In this document: piece after piece, positions 1-9,746 of the stretch
Layout of the letters: each line of letters starts with the position of its first letter
Numbering within the stretch: the stretch's first letter is position 1
Assembly (NCBI GenBank): GCA_963718525.1
Contig: OY970355.1
Coordinates: 1,608,025-1,672,024, forward strand
Length of the DNA: 64,000 bases
DNA from: Candidatus Dormiibacterota bacterium
GTDB taxonomy: Bacteria > Chloroflexota > Dormibacteria > Aeolococcales > Aeolococcaceae
Direction of reading: 5' to 3'
Notes under the pieces: model-generated
The model's input: the letters and a program-made list of their open reading frames with translations, nothing else
Told to the model about the DNA's origin: nothing
Database searches by the model: none
Program-made: the position numbers and the translations under genes

Positions 1-585
1 GAACTCGTCCGAGTGCTGCATGTCGATGCACCGCTTGTACGCGAAAACATCCGGGTCGTCGACGTCGGTGCGCACCGTCGAGCTGTAGTCGACGTTGTCC
101 GCCCACACAGCCGGCGTGTCGATCATGTCGAGGAGGGCCTTTGCAGAGAAGTCGTAGACCTGCCGGTAACTCGGTTGCCTGAGTCGACGCAGGTTCGCAT
201 CCACGAGGTCGCTGATTTCGGTCAGCGAGCGATTGATGTCGAAGCAGTAGCGCTTGTCGGGAATGACCAGCGAAAGGATGCCGCCGGGTCGAAGAATCCG
301 AGCGACATCATCCATCCAGTCGATGGGATCGGGGATGTGTTCGATCACGTGGCACGCGATCACGTAATCAAACGGCGCGTCCGCAATGACGGCGTCGGCG
401 ATGGTCTGCTTGTCGCCGATGACGTAGTCCACGTCGACGATCTCATCGAGCCGTCCATGCATGCCCACATCCGTCGCGTACTTGCGCTTGAGCTCATCGG
501 CCGTGGCATGGTCGAGATAGCGAATTGGACCTTCGCTCTTGCGAACTCTCGGGGATGCCAGTGGACCGATCTCGAGCCCGCGCAT
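1..585 (-). CDS. class I SAM-dependent methyltransferase (3' end runs off the window start)
   Basis: Absent from the ORF track because it has no stop inside the window. My reverse translation reads MRGLEIGPLASP...APFDYVIACHVIEHIPDPIDWMDDVARILRPGGILSLVIPDKRY, which shows Rossmann methyltransferase motifs. The first ATG is at 583-585, but the frame stays open up to the clpP stop, so the start is uncertain. Confidence 0.75.
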   Translation of the reverse strand, partial: MRGLEIGPLASPRVRKSEGPIRYLDHATADELKRKYATDVGMHGRLDEIVDVDYVIGDKQTIADAVIADAPFDYVIACHVIEHIPDPIDWMDDVARILRPGGILSLVIPDKRYCFDINRSLTEISDLVDANLRRLRQPSYRQVYDFSAKALLDMIDTPAVWADNVDYSSTVRTDVDDPDVFAYKRCIDMQHSDEF

Positions 586-729
586 GCTCGAGACATCGAT
601 GCCGGCTAGCTCAGGGCGCAAGGATTGGGAAACCTCAGGGGACACCACCGGGAATTCGCGAAGCGTACCGCCTCGAGTCGCCCTGACGAATTCGGGCGCT
701 GCGAGCGGGGTCCGGCCGGCGGTTGGTGG

Positions 730-1386
730 CTACTGGTTGTGACCGCTGCCGACCGCGACGGATTCGCGCTCCGAGGCTTCCTTCGCGACGACCGACCCCG
801 CCGGACGCCGCTCGATGATCTGATCAATCATCCCGTACGCAAGCGCCTGCTCCGCCGTCATGTGGTAGTCGCGTTCGATGTCGCGGGCGATCTGCTCCGA
901 GTCCCGTCCGGTGTGCCGGTGGTAGAGCTCGACGAGCAACGCTCGCTGGCGGAGGATCTCGCGCGCGTGCACGTCGAGGTCGGTCGCCTGACCCTGCATG
1001 CCCTGCGCCCATGGTTGGTGGATGACCACCAGTGAGTTGGGCAGTGCGAGCCTGCGCCCCGGTGCGCCTGCGGAAAGCAGCAACGACGCGCCGCTTGCGG
1101 CCATCCCGAGGCACGTCGTCTCCACCTGCGGGCGCACGTACTGCATCGCGTCGTACATCGCGAGCGCTGCTGTCATGGAGCCGCCGGGGCTGTTGATGTA
1201 CAGGTGCACGTCGCGCTCGGGGTCCTCGCCCTCGAGGAAGAGGAGCTGCGCGGTGACCAGGTTGGCCAGATCGTCGTCGATGACCCCGCCGACGAAGATG
1301 ATCCGGTCGCGGAGCAGGCGCGAGTAGATGTCGTACGAGCGCTCACCGCGAGTTGTGCTCTCGACGACGGTGGGGACCAGGGTCAT
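730..1386 (-). CDS. clpP: ATP-dependent Clp protease proteolytic subunit
   Basis: 218 aa from ATG 1384-1386, with a GGAGGG SD upstream. Canonical core [17 protein letters not shown]. Triad contexts are [14 protein letters not shown] and IERDYHM. The 377-aa track ORF is an unsupported upstream extension. About 27 extra C-terminal residues are present. Confidence 0.95.
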   Translation of the reverse strand: MTLVPTVVESTTRGERSYDIYSRLLRDRIIFVGGVIDDDLANLVTAQLLFLEGEDPERDVHLYINSPGGSMTAALAMYDAMQYVRPQVETTCLGMAASGASLLLSAGAPGRRLALPNSLVVIHQPWAQGMQGQATDLDVHAREILRQRALLVELYHRHTGRDSEQIARDIERDYHMTAEQALAYGMIDQIIERRPAGSVVAKEASERESVAVGSGHNQ

Positions 1387-1820
1387 CGCGAGCCCTCCGC
1401 TGTTGGTGGAACGAAGCCGATGCGGCGGCGGGTTGGCTCCGCCTGGTTCATCGCGAGGAATGCGCCGAACTGCGCCACGGTTCGGAGTGAGGCGGCGTCC
1501 AATCCCGACGCCACAACACGAAGCTGGCGCCGAGGGTCTGCCGGCCACGCGGGCTCCTCCTGAGGACCGCCTTCGAGGCGTCGCCCGAGGTCGGTGTAGA
1601 GCGCCGCGATCGGCACCGAGAGCGCATAGGTGATCGCGACCAGCAGATCGGCGGAGACATCCTTGAGCCCACGCTCGACCTCGGACAGGTACGCGGGCGA
1701 GCAGCCGGCCTCGCTCGCGAGCTCGCCGAGACGCCGTCCTTGAGCCTCGCGGTGCCCGCGAAGGATGCCGCCCAGCTCGCGGCGGATCTCGTCGGCGGTT
1801 ACGCTCAGAGCAGAACTCAC
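1383..1820 (-). CDS. XRE-family HTH transcriptional regulator (ClgR/PopR-like by context)
   Basis: 145 aa with a GTG start. HTH pattern [32 protein letters not shown]. Its stop overlaps the clpP start (ATGA at 1383-1386). Confidence 0.85.
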   Translation of the reverse strand: MSSALSVTADEIRRELGGILRGHREAQGRRLGELASEAGCSPAYLSEVERGLKDVSADLLVAITYALSVPIAALYTDLGRRLEGGPQEEPAWPADPRRQLRVVASGLDAASLRTVAQFGAFLAMNQAEPTRRRIGFVPPTAEGSR

Positions 1821-1835
1821 AACGCTCAGAGCATA
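1801..1835 (-). promoter_or_regulatory. putative autoregulatory operator pair plus -10 element of the XRE-clpP operon
   Basis: Perfect 11-nt direct repeat ACGCTCAGAGC at 1801-1811 and 1822-1832 (21-nt period). Each copy contains the palindrome GCTC-A-GAGC. The upstream copy overlaps a TATGCT hexamer (1830-1835, minus sense) that lies 9 nt before the GTG start. Confidence 0.45.
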
Positions 1836-1904
1836 TCACCGACGCAGAGGTCCGCCGCGACACCGGGGTGGCTCCAGCCGCTCGCGGCTATCCTTTGCCT
1901 CGTG

Positions 1905-2555
1905 ATGGCAACCCTGCTCTCTGTCAACACCGGCCGGCTGGCGGGCAGCAGGCACACCAACTCCGGGGTCACAGGGATCGACAAACGGCCCTCGCCCGAG
2001 CCCGTCATGCTCCATGACCCCGGGCCGGGAACCGGCCGCAGCGGTGCAGCCGGCGACGCCATCGGTGATCCGCGATCTCATGGCGGGACGGATCAGGCGG
2101 TGTATGCCTATGCACGAGAGGACCTCGACGTCTGGCAGGCGGACCTCGGACGTCCACTCGGCAACGGTGTGTTCGGTGAGAACCTGACCACCGCCGGGCT
2201 CGACGTCACCGGAGCCCTGGTCGGTGAGCGGTGGCAGGTCGGCCAAGTTTGCGTGCTCGAGGTCACCGCGCCACGCATCCCGTGCCGCACCTTCGCCGGC
2301 TGGCTCGAGGAACGGCTGTGGGTCAAGCGCTTCACCCAGCGTGGCGTGCCCGGCGCCTACCTCCGAGTGATCACACCGGGGTCGGTGAGCGCCGGCGACG
2401 CGATCACGGTGCTGCACCGGCCGCCGCACGAGGTGACCATCGGGTTGATGTTCCGAGCGATGACGACCGACAAGGCGCTGCTGCCTCAGCTCGCGGCGGC
2501 GGGCGACGCGCTCCACGAATCCGTTCGGCGTCTCGTCATCCCCAACGGGGGATAG
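1905..2555 (+). CDS. MOSC domain-containing protein
   Basis: 216 aa from ATG 1905. YiiM-like pattern GENLTTAGLDV...GERWQVG...LEVTAPRIPCRTF...GAYLRVITPGSVSAGD. The upstream part of the 271-aa track ORF overlaps the XRE gene and looks non-coding. Confidence 0.85.
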   Translation: MATLLSVNTGRLAGSRHTNSGVTGIDKRPSPEPVMLHDPGPGTGRSGAAGDAIGDPRSHGGTDQAVYAYAREDLDVWQADLGRPLGNGVFGENLTTAGLDVTGALVGERWQVGQVCVLEVTAPRIPCRTFAGWLEERLWVKRFTQRGVPGAYLRVITPGSVSAGDAITVLHRPPHEVTIGLMFRAMTTDKALLPQLAAAGDALHESVRRLVIPNGG

Positions 2556-2651
2556 TTCGGCCCGCGCCCAGGGTCATGCGCTCAGCGCCGCGTTGTTACT
2601 CGAGGTCCGAAAAACAGGCAGAAGTGGGGATACGATTCGGGTCGCCCCTTC

Positions 2652-3662
2652 ATGCTCAGACTGCCCCCATACGCCCGACTCGGTCTGGTCGCCCTGGTGG
2701 CCGCCGTCGCATTCGGCACGCTGGCGACAGCGTCGCATCTGCCCATCGCCACAGCCGGCGTCGCGGCGGCTGCTCGACCAGCTGCCCAGACACCCGCGGC
2801 CCCGTGGTTCGACATGCGCATCGCGAGCGCTGGGATCAACTTCTGGGCGCCTGCGAGCACGCCCGCGGGCACACCGCCGGTCAAGGGGCGCGCTGGAATC
2901 CTGGTCGACATGGACACGGGCGAGATCCTCTGGGAGAAGCAGCCGACCCTCGAGCTGGCACCCGCGAGCCTGACCAAAGTGCTGACCGCGCTCGTTGCTC
3001 TCGAGAACCTCAGTCCCGACCAGCGGGTGACCGTCACCGCCGCCGCGCTTGGTCAGTCGTCAGCGGACACGCTGATGCACATCAGGGCGGGGGAGACGCT
3101 GACTGTTGAAGAGCTGCTCGACGGCATGCTGCTTGCGAGCGGTGACGACGCCGCGAGCGCGATCGCGGTGGACACGGTCGGAATGTCGCGCTTCGTTGCC
3201 GCGATGAATGCGCAGGTCGCTGCGCTCGGCCTCGACCACTCGCACTTCACCGCCACCGCCGGGCTCGACGATCCGGGGCTCTACGCGTCCGCTTACGACC
3301 TTGCGGTCATCGCGGAGTACACCTACGAGCAGTTCCCCCTGTTCGACCAGATCGTCGGCAGCCGGACGATCAACTTGCCCGCCAGCATCGACCACCCGGC
3401 GTTTCACCTGCACAACCTCAACTCCCTGCTGCAGGCCTACCCGGCGTCGGTCGGCATCAAGCCCGGCTGGACCGGCGATGCCGGCGCCTGCCTCATCGGC
3501 ATGGCAGTCCGCAACGGCCACCACCTGCTTGCTGTGCTTCTGAGCGCCAACTACCCGGCGCGCATCGCAGGCCGGCTCTTCGACTGGGGGTTCCAGCTCG
3601 ACGGTCTGGCTCCCTTGCTGCCACCGACCCCGGCTCCGAAGGCAGTGATCAAAGCTACTTGA
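2652..3662 (+). CDS. D-alanyl-D-alanine carboxypeptidase (peptidase S11, PBP5/6 type)
   Basis: 336 aa with an N-terminal signal/TM segment. SxxK active-site motif in LAPASLTKVLTALVALE. Further S11-like blocks SGDDAA and KPGWTGDAG. Confidence 0.9.
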   Translation: MLRLPPYARLGLVALVAAVAFGTLATASHLPIATAGVAAAARPAAQTPAAPWFDMRIASAGINFWAPASTPAGTPPVKGRAGILVDMDTGEILWEKQPTLELAPASLTKVLTALVALENLSPDQRVTVTAAALGQSSADTLMHIRAGETLTVEELLDGMLLASGDDAASAIAVDTVGMSRFVAAMNAQVAALGLDHSHFTATAGLDDPGLYASAYDLAVIAEYTYEQFPLFDQIVGSRTINLPASIDHPAFHLHNLNSLLQAYPASVGIKPGWTGDAGACLIGMAVRNGHHLLAVLLSANYPARIAGRLFDWGFQLDGLAPLLPPTPAPKAVIKAT

Positions 3663-5796
3663 CGACGGCGAAGCCCGCGGCCATGGTGCCATCCCAAGGC
3701 GCCGAGGCGATCAGGCGCAGGTTGGGAAGGCGGGCGATGCAGCTCACGTTCCATGGAAACAGGGGCGAGGCGTCCCGCAGCGATCCGACGAATACCGCGT
3801 CTGCGCGGGTGACGGCTGCCTCCGCGGCTGCGGGATCGGTGCACGCATTCGCGAGCGCGGCCTCATAGGGGACGTCCAGCGCACCGAACGAATAGCCGTC
3901 GGGAACGAGGGGGGTGAGGTCGGTCAAGCCTGCCATCCACATGCCCGCATCATTGCCGCCATTGGTCAGGACGAGCGTCCCCTTGGGGAGTGTTTTGGAC
4001 ATGGATGACAGCACGCTCAGATCGGCCGGCGTCACCAGCGAACGTGTTGCCACCTCGTGCTTGTAAACGCCGACCTCGGTGGTCGCGCCAACCACGACCG
4101 CGACCAGCGCAATCATCCCCAGGACAGCGCCGGTGCCGTCAAGCTTCTGCGCCACGCCGCCGAACTTCGCTCGAATGGTGGCAGGAACGGTGACGCGACC
4201 CAACGCGCCCATCCACGCGACAACCAGCAGAATCGCGGTGACTCCCACCGCCGGAACCCACTGGCGAAAGTTGGCCATCTGATTGAACACTCCCAGCGGG
4301 TAGAGGACGACAGAGTTCGGCTCCCAGAAGTTGGTCCAGCCGGTTTCGAGCGGACGGCGGATGACGTAGACCAGCGCGGCGATCACCACTGCGCCGATCG
4401 AAACGCCGACCCAGATGCGGCGTGTCCGCGACAGCGACCGCACCACGTCGGCGAGTGCGAACAACCCAAATGCAAGCACCAGCGGTATGAGCCAGTACTG
4501 CACACCAAGAACCCGGTCCGTGTCACCCCAGGGATAGATCGCAACCCAGAGGCGATGCAGGTAGTGCAGGTAGAGGTCGTCGGCCATGATGAGAAAGAGC
4601 AGCACCTGTGCGACGAGCACCCAGAGCATCCTCCGACGGATGAGCATCGCGACAACCCCGACGCCATACAGCGCGAGAAACACAGGCCCGAGGAGGTCGG
4701 TTTGTGCGATGAGCACCAGGATGTGATGGGGCTTCAGCGGCGAATGGGCGGTCGCAACGACGTACTGCGCCGGCTGGGTGTGCGTAGCGGGTGGGAGCTT
4801 GGGAATCCGCGTCAGGACGGTCACGACCACGGCCCCCGCAAGCGCGGCGCCGAGTGCGATCGCGAGCCGGATGAAACCCGTCCGTTGCGAACCTCGAACC
4901 GCGTGGACCACAGCTATCGCAAGCAACCCGCATGCGACCACCAGAGCGGTGACCACCTCCAGCCCATGGATCACCCAGATTGACGTCGTGATCGCTCCAA
5001 GCAGGAGCGCGTTCTCCGTGGTACTTCGCCCGCGTATGACGCGCAGTGCCGCGACGATGAACGGAACGATGAGAGTCGAGTCGACGATCTCGGGAAAGCG
5101 TCCGATGATCGCCTGACCCGAGGGGAAGATCAGTCCGAGCGCGAAGAACGGAACGATCGCTGCGAGCGCCACCAACTCGGTGGCCTCCAGCGTGAGCAGG
5201 GTGAGCGACAGTGGGAGGACGACGAGGGTCGCGGTGACGATCGGCGCCATGGCACCGGCGGGCGACGGCGACCCGAGCCACGAGACAACCGCCGCCGTCG
5301 CCTCGAAGCCGGGCCGCGCTCGCACGTAATCGGACCCTTCGAGTGGGATCGGAAACAGCGGCAGCACATCATGCGTTCGCACGATGCTGTTGACGACAGC
5401 CGCGTGGGTCGGGGTATCCCAGTCGGGCGGCAGGACCTGTCCGTGCAACGCCCAGGCGAAGGTCGCGGCACCAATCACACCGACGGCGAGCGCTGGGATG
5501 GGGAGCCACCACGGGTGGGCCGGCGCGGCCTGTGGTTCGGTGCGCCGCCAGCGCCACAGAGCGGCGATGCCGAGCACCAGCAACGCCGGCAGGACGCTGA
5601 TGGCCTCGAAGGGGATGTGCACGTCGTGCAACACCAATCCGTACACGCCGATGACGCCCGCGGACAGTCCCGGGGCCATGAGCAGTCGCTGCCATGCCCG
5701 CCATGTCGGAGCAAGCAGCGTGACGAGCGCGAAGCCGGGGAGGAAAGCAACGGCCACCACCCCTGGCAGGGTTTGCGCGAAGTCCTGGAACGGCAA
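3655..5796 (-). CDS. large polytopic membrane protein, possible GT-C-fold glycosyltransferase, polymerase or oligosaccharyltransferase (family unassigned)
   Basis: 713 aa with a TTG start. By eye it has more than 12 hydrophobic helices and a soluble C-terminal domain of about 130 aa. It starts 12 nt after the stop of the initiating sugar transferase, so the two are probably co-transcribed. Confidence 0.75.
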   Translation of the reverse strand: MPFQDFAQTLPGVVAVAFLPGFALVTLLAPTWRAWQRLLMAPGLSAGVIGVYGLVLHDVHIPFEAISVLPALLVLGIAALWRWRRTEPQAAPAHPWWLPIPALAVGVIGAATFAWALHGQVLPPDWDTPTHAAVVNSIVRTHDVLPLFPIPLEGSDYVRARPGFEATAAVVSWLGSPSPAGAMAPIVTATLVVLPLSLTLLTLEATELVALAAIVPFFALGLIFPSGQAIIGRFPEIVDSTLIVPFIVAALRVIRGRSTTENALLLGAITTSIWVIHGLEVVTALVVACGLLAIAVVHAVRGSQRTGFIRLAIALGAALAGAVVVTVLTRIPKLPPATHTQPAQYVVATAHSPLKPHHILVLIAQTDLLGPVFLALYGVGVVAMLIRRRMLWVLVAQVLLFLIMADDLYLHYLHRLWVAIYPWGDTDRVLGVQYWLIPLVLAFGLFALADVVRSLSRTRRIWVGVSIGAVVIAALVYVIRRPLETGWTNFWEPNSVVLYPLGVFNQMANFRQWVPAVGVTAILLVVAWMGALGRVTVPATIRAKFGGVAQKLDGTGAVLGMIALVAVVVGATTEVGVYKHEVATRSLVTPADLSVLSSMSKTLPKGTLVLTNGGNDAGMWMAGLTDLTPLVPDGYSFGALDVPYEAALANACTDPAAAEAAVTRADAVFVGSLRDASPLFPWNVSCIARLPNLRLIASAPWDGTMAAGFAVVK

Positions 5797-5808
5797 GCTT
5801 GATCGAGC

Positions 5809-7185
5809 TCAGCGGCCCTTGAGCGTGGCCACTGCAAAGACCGTGCGCGCCATGATGAGAAGGTCGAGAGCAACCGACTGTCGCTTGATGTAGTAAAGGT
5901 CGTACGAGAGCTTGATCGTGGATCCGCCAACATCGCCGGCATAGCCGTAGTTCACCTGCGCCCACCCTGTCAGGCCGGGACGCACCGACAGCCTCGTGTT
6001 GTAGTACGGGATGCTCTCGCGCAGCGTCTCGACGTACTGAGGTTGCTCGGGACGGGGACCCACCACGCTCATGTCGCCACGAAGGATGTTCCACGCCTGT
6101 GGCATCTCATCGAGATGCAGGCGGCGGAGCACCCCGCCGACCTTGGTGATGCGCGCATCATCTGCGGCGGTCCAGTGCAACTCCTCGCGAGTAGGAACGC
6201 GCATCGTTCGCAGTTTGACGATCTCGAAATGCCTGCCGAAATGGCCGACCCGGACCTGGCGGTGAAAGACCGGCCCGCGGTCCTCCATCGTGATCGCCAG
6301 CCAGACAAACGGCAGCAGGATCCCGAGCAGCACCAATCCGATCAGACCGGCGACGATGTCCACGACCCGCTTGAAAAGTGCGTACACGCGTGAGGTTTCC
6401 CCGCGCTGCTGCAACGAGAGCAGCCATGTCTGGCGGAGTCGCTCGACGAGGAGCCGACCCGTCAACTCCTCATACACGTCCGCGACCGATCGCACCACCA
6501 TTCCCCGGTCGTAGCACTCGACGAGCCCCTTGAAGAGGTCCGTGGGGAGGTCCTCCTCGGCTCCGAGCACGATCTGATCCGCTGCGCGTCGCGCCGCCGC
6601 CGTGGCCAGCAGCGTGCCTGCGTCCGGGTCGGCCGGATGGATGGTCCCGACCACGCGGTACAGCCCGGCCATCTGCGCGTCGACATCCGCCCAGACACGA
6701 TCGAGGATGTCTGCGTCGGCGACAAGGAGGATGCGCCCGGCAAAGATTGCTCGAGCGAACACGCGCCGGTAGAAGAGCCGCCAGCAGAGGATCGTGAGGG
6801 CGGCGACCGGAACCCAGATCAGGATCGTCGGGCGGGTCACCCCATAGGGCACTGCGAAGAACACCGCGAGCAGAGCAATCGTCTCGAGCGTCACGGTGGT
6901 TGCGACGACCCGGAAGATGCCGCGTACGCTGACGGCCGCGTGCAGATCGTAGGCATCGACCATCAGGGCGGCTGCGAGCCAGATCCCCGTGACGGTCCCG
7001 ACCCCGGCCCAGGGAATGGTCAGGGCGGCGTGCTGGATCGGCCCCGAGTGGAGGTTGAAGGCGAGAATCAGCGACGCCGCGACCAAAATGGAGTCGCCCG
7101 CTGCAAGGAGCAACTTCCGTTCAGAAGCGAGGATTCCCCGCCGGCCGGCCGCAACTGTGGCGCCCGGAACGTCCTGGGCGATCAT
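5809..7185 (-). CDS. undecaprenyl-phosphate sugar phosphotransferase (WbaP/CpsE-type initiating enzyme)
   Basis: 458 aa from ATG 7183-7185. N-terminal TM helices. C-terminal bacterial sugar transferase block GPVFHRQVRVGHFGRHFEIVKLRTM...DEMPQAWNILRGDMSVVGPRPE. The track ORF 5809-8388 is an artefactual extension that overlaps the opposite-strand GT2. Confidence 0.9.
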   Translation of the reverse strand: MIAQDVPGATVAAGRRGILASERKLLLAAGDSILVAASLILAFNLHSGPIQHAALTIPWAGVGTVTGIWLAAALMVDAYDLHAAVSVRGIFRVVATTVTLETIALLAVFFAVPYGVTRPTILIWVPVAALTILCWRLFYRRVFARAIFAGRILLVADADILDRVWADVDAQMAGLYRVVGTIHPADPDAGTLLATAAARRAADQIVLGAEEDLPTDLFKGLVECYDRGMVVRSVADVYEELTGRLLVERLRQTWLLSLQQRGETSRVYALFKRVVDIVAGLIGLVLLGILLPFVWLAITMEDRGPVFHRQVRVGHFGRHFEIVKLRTMRVPTREELHWTAADDARITKVGGVLRRLHLDEMPQAWNILRGDMSVVGPRPEQPQYVETLRESIPYYNTRLSVRPGLTGWAQVNYGYAGDVGGSTIKLSYDLYYIKRQSVALDLLIMARTVFAVATLKGR

Positions 7186-7254
7186 CGAAGCTAGCCTACA
7201 CGCTGAAGCTCCGCTCAACACCGGCGGACGAGACGGTACCGTGCCGGAGACACG

Positions 7255-8316
7255 ATGACTCCCACGAGTGCGCCGCCCGTGCCCGACGCCCCCTTCGTGA
7301 GCGTGGTCCTCCCGGTTCTCAACGAGGAGCGCTTCATCGAGGCGTGTCTGACCTCGGTGCTCACCCAGGACTATCCGCCCGATCGGTACGAGGTGATCGT
7401 CGCGGATGGTGGTTCGACTGATCGAACTCGAGAGATCGTTGCCGCCATCGCTGCACGAGACGCTCGGGTGCGCCTCATCGACAATCCGGGCCGGATGCAA
7501 GCCGCGGGGTTGAACCGAGCCATCGCAGCGAGCAGCGGCGACATCATCGCGCGTCAGGACGGTCACGCCGAATGGGCCTCTGATCACCTGCGCCGATCGG
7601 TGGCACTGCTGCTCGCGACCGGCGCCGACAACGTGGGCGGGCGCCAGGAAGCGATCGGCGACGGGGCGTCCGAACGTGCAATCGCACACGCGATGGGCTC
7701 GCCATTCGGCGTCGGCGGCGCTCGCTTCCGGTACTCGGAGGAGGAGGAGGAGATGCCGACCGTCTTCCTCGGCACGTTCCGCCGCAGTGCCTTCGAGCGA
7801 GTCGGTCTCTTTGACGAGGCGTACCCGCCGCACGAGGATTACGAGCTCAACGAACGCATCCGGTCGACGGGTGGTCGGATCATCTTCAGCCCGGAGATCC
7901 GAACTCGGTACCACGTACGCAGCGGGCTCACGGCCCTGGGCCGCCAGTACTACCGGTACGGGCGCGGCAAGGTGCGGGTGGCTCGCGCAAGCCCGGGCGT
8001 CATCCGTCCGTATCACCTGGCGGCACCGGCGCTGGTCCTGGCGATCCCGGTCATGGCCGCAATGGCGGTGACCGGTCAGGGTCGCCGTCTCGCCATCACG
8101 GGGGTCGGGGTCTACGCCACCGCCTGTGTGATCGCCGGCCAGCTGGCGGCTCGAACCGAGCCCCTCGGAGTACGCGCACGCACGTCCGCTGCCTTCGCGG
8201 TGATGCACGTCGGATGGGGATCGGGGTTCTGGGCGGGCGTCCTGGAGGGTGCCGCCGGCATTGCAACCGGTGGAGGCGCGCCGCCGAGCCTCGGCAGTCG
8301 CTCGGAAACGGCATAG
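7255..8316 (+). CDS. glycosyltransferase family 2 (membrane-anchored)
   Basis: 353 aa with a GGAGA SD. GT2 N-terminal pattern VSVVLPVLNEERFIEACLTSVLTQDYP...EVIVADGGSTD. Hydrophobic C-terminal third. Confidence 0.9.
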   Translation: MTPTSAPPVPDAPFVSVVLPVLNEERFIEACLTSVLTQDYPPDRYEVIVADGGSTDRTREIVAAIAARDARVRLIDNPGRMQAAGLNRAIAASSGDIIARQDGHAEWASDHLRRSVALLLATGADNVGGRQEAIGDGASERAIAHAMGSPFGVGGARFRYSEEEEEMPTVFLGTFRRSAFERVGLFDEAYPPHEDYELNERIRSTGGRIIFSPEIRTRYHVRSGLTALGRQYYRYGRGKVRVARASPGVIRPYHLAAPALVLAIPVMAAMAVTGQGRRLAITGVGVYATACVIAGQLAARTEPLGVRARTSAAFAVMHVGWGSGFWAGVLEGAAGIATGGGAPPSLGSRSETA

Positions 8317-8348
8317 GCCGGCGCCGCGACCCCGTATTGTTGGAGGCG

Positions 8349-9746
8349 ATGGCACCCAGCACCACGGCGTGGACGACGGATCGACCAAACCCGCTCTGCA
8401 TGGTGGGTGCCGGCTACGTCGGTCTCGTCACCGCCGCATGCCTGGCCGACGCCGGCGTCGACGTCAGGCTGCTGGATATCGATGCCGCCCGGCTCGACAT
8501 GCTCCGGAAGGGGAGGGCACCGATCCACGAGCCGATGCTCGACGAACTCCTCATGGAGGTCCTCGGAAACGGCAGGTTGGAGCTCCATCAGGATGCCGCG
8601 GTTGCCATGGACGGGGCTCAGATCATCATGCTCGCGGTCGGAACCCCGCCCCTGAGTGACGGCCGCGCGGACCTGACCCAGGTGCGCGCGGCGTTGAGTC
8701 AGGCGGTGCAGCACGCCGGCCCCGAGACGGTGATCGTGATCAAGAGCACGGTCCCGCCGGGCACCACGGCCTCGCTCCGAGCCCTCTGCCGCCGCAATGG
8801 GCGGAGCGTGCCCCTGGCGGTGTGCCCTGAGTTCCTCGCCGAGGGCAGCGCAGTGCGCGACTTCCGCCAGCCTCCGCAGGTGGTGATCGGTGGTGACGAT
8901 CACGACGCCTGCGAGCGCGTGGCGCGGCTCTTCGGCCATCTTGATGCCCCCATCCGGATCACCGACTCGACGAGCGCCGAGCTCATCAAATACGGGGTCA
9001 ACGCATTCCTCGCTTTGAAGATCTCGTTCATCAACGAGATGGCGCAGCTCTGCGAGTTCACCGGCGCCGACGTCAGCTCGGTGGCGGACGGGATCGGCAC
9101 CGACGAGCGCATCGGGCGTGCCTTCCTGGGCGCCGGCCTCGGTTTTGGGGGCTCGTGCTTCCCCAAGGACGTCCGCGCCCTCGACCAGGCGGCAAGCTAT
9201 CACGGGCAGAACTTCCAGCTGCTCCGCGCCGCGGTCGAGGTCAATCAGCAGGCGCGAAGCCGCTTCGTGGCCAAGATCCAGCGCGCGCTCAACGGCAAGC
9301 TCGCCAAACGCCGGATCGCAGTGCTCGGGCTGTCCTTCAAGCCCGGAACGGACGACGTCCGCCAGGCCGCCTCGATCGACGTCATCCGCCATCTCGAGGA
9401 CCTCGGCGCGTCGGTGGTGGCGAGCGACCCGGTGGCCATGGACAACGCGCGGCCGCTGCTCCCGCGTACCGAGCTGGTCGATGACCTCTATGCCTGCGTC
9501 ACCGGGGCAGACGCGGTGGTTGTGGTGACCGAGTGGCCGGAGTACGTCGGCCTTGACTGGGGCCGGGCGGCATCCCTCGTGCGGCGCCGGCTGGTCGTCG
9601 ACGGCCGGAATTGCCTGCCTGTGGATCAGCTGGTCGACCTCGGCTTCACCTACATCGGCGTCGGCCGGCCAATCCGTAAGCCGCGGGCGGTCCGGACCTC
9701 GAAGCCGGGTGCGACGCCCGAGGCGGAGCTCGTCGCCGTTCCATGA
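8349..9746 (+). CDS. ugd: UDP-glucose 6-dehydrogenase
   Basis: 465 aa from ATG 8349. Rossmann motif [19 protein letters not shown]. Catalytic-Cys context [12 protein letters not shown]. The 510-aa track ORF start lies inside the preceding GT2 gene. Confidence 0.9.
   Translation: MAPSTTAWTTDRPNPLCMVGAGYVGLVTAACLADAGVDVRLLDIDAARLDMLRKGRAPIHEPMLDELLMEVLGNGRLELHQDAAVAMDGAQIIMLAVGTPPLSDGRADLTQVRAALSQAVQHAGPETVIVIKSTVPPGTTASLRALCRRNGRSVPLAVCPEFLAEGSAVRDFRQPPQVVIGGDDHDACERVARLFGHLDAPIRITDSTSAELIKYGVNAFLALKISFINEMAQLCEFTGADVSSVADGIGTDERIGRAFLGAGLGFGGSCFPKDVRALDQAASYHGQNFQLLRAAVEVNQQARSRFVAKIQRALNGKLAKRRIAVLGLSFKPGTDDVRQAASIDVIRHLEDLGASVVASDPVAMDNARPLLPRTELVDDLYACVTGADAVVVVTEWPEYVGLDWGRAASLVRRRLVVDGRNCLPVDQLVDLGFTYIGVGRPIRKPRAVRTSKPGATPEAELVAVP

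Noticed and set aside
7186-8388. N-terminal 400-aa extension of the sugar transferase ORF (track ORF 5809-8388)
   Set aside because: The extension overlaps the well-supported GT2 on the other strand and has no family motifs. The family-typical N-terminus with TM helices begins at ATG 7185.
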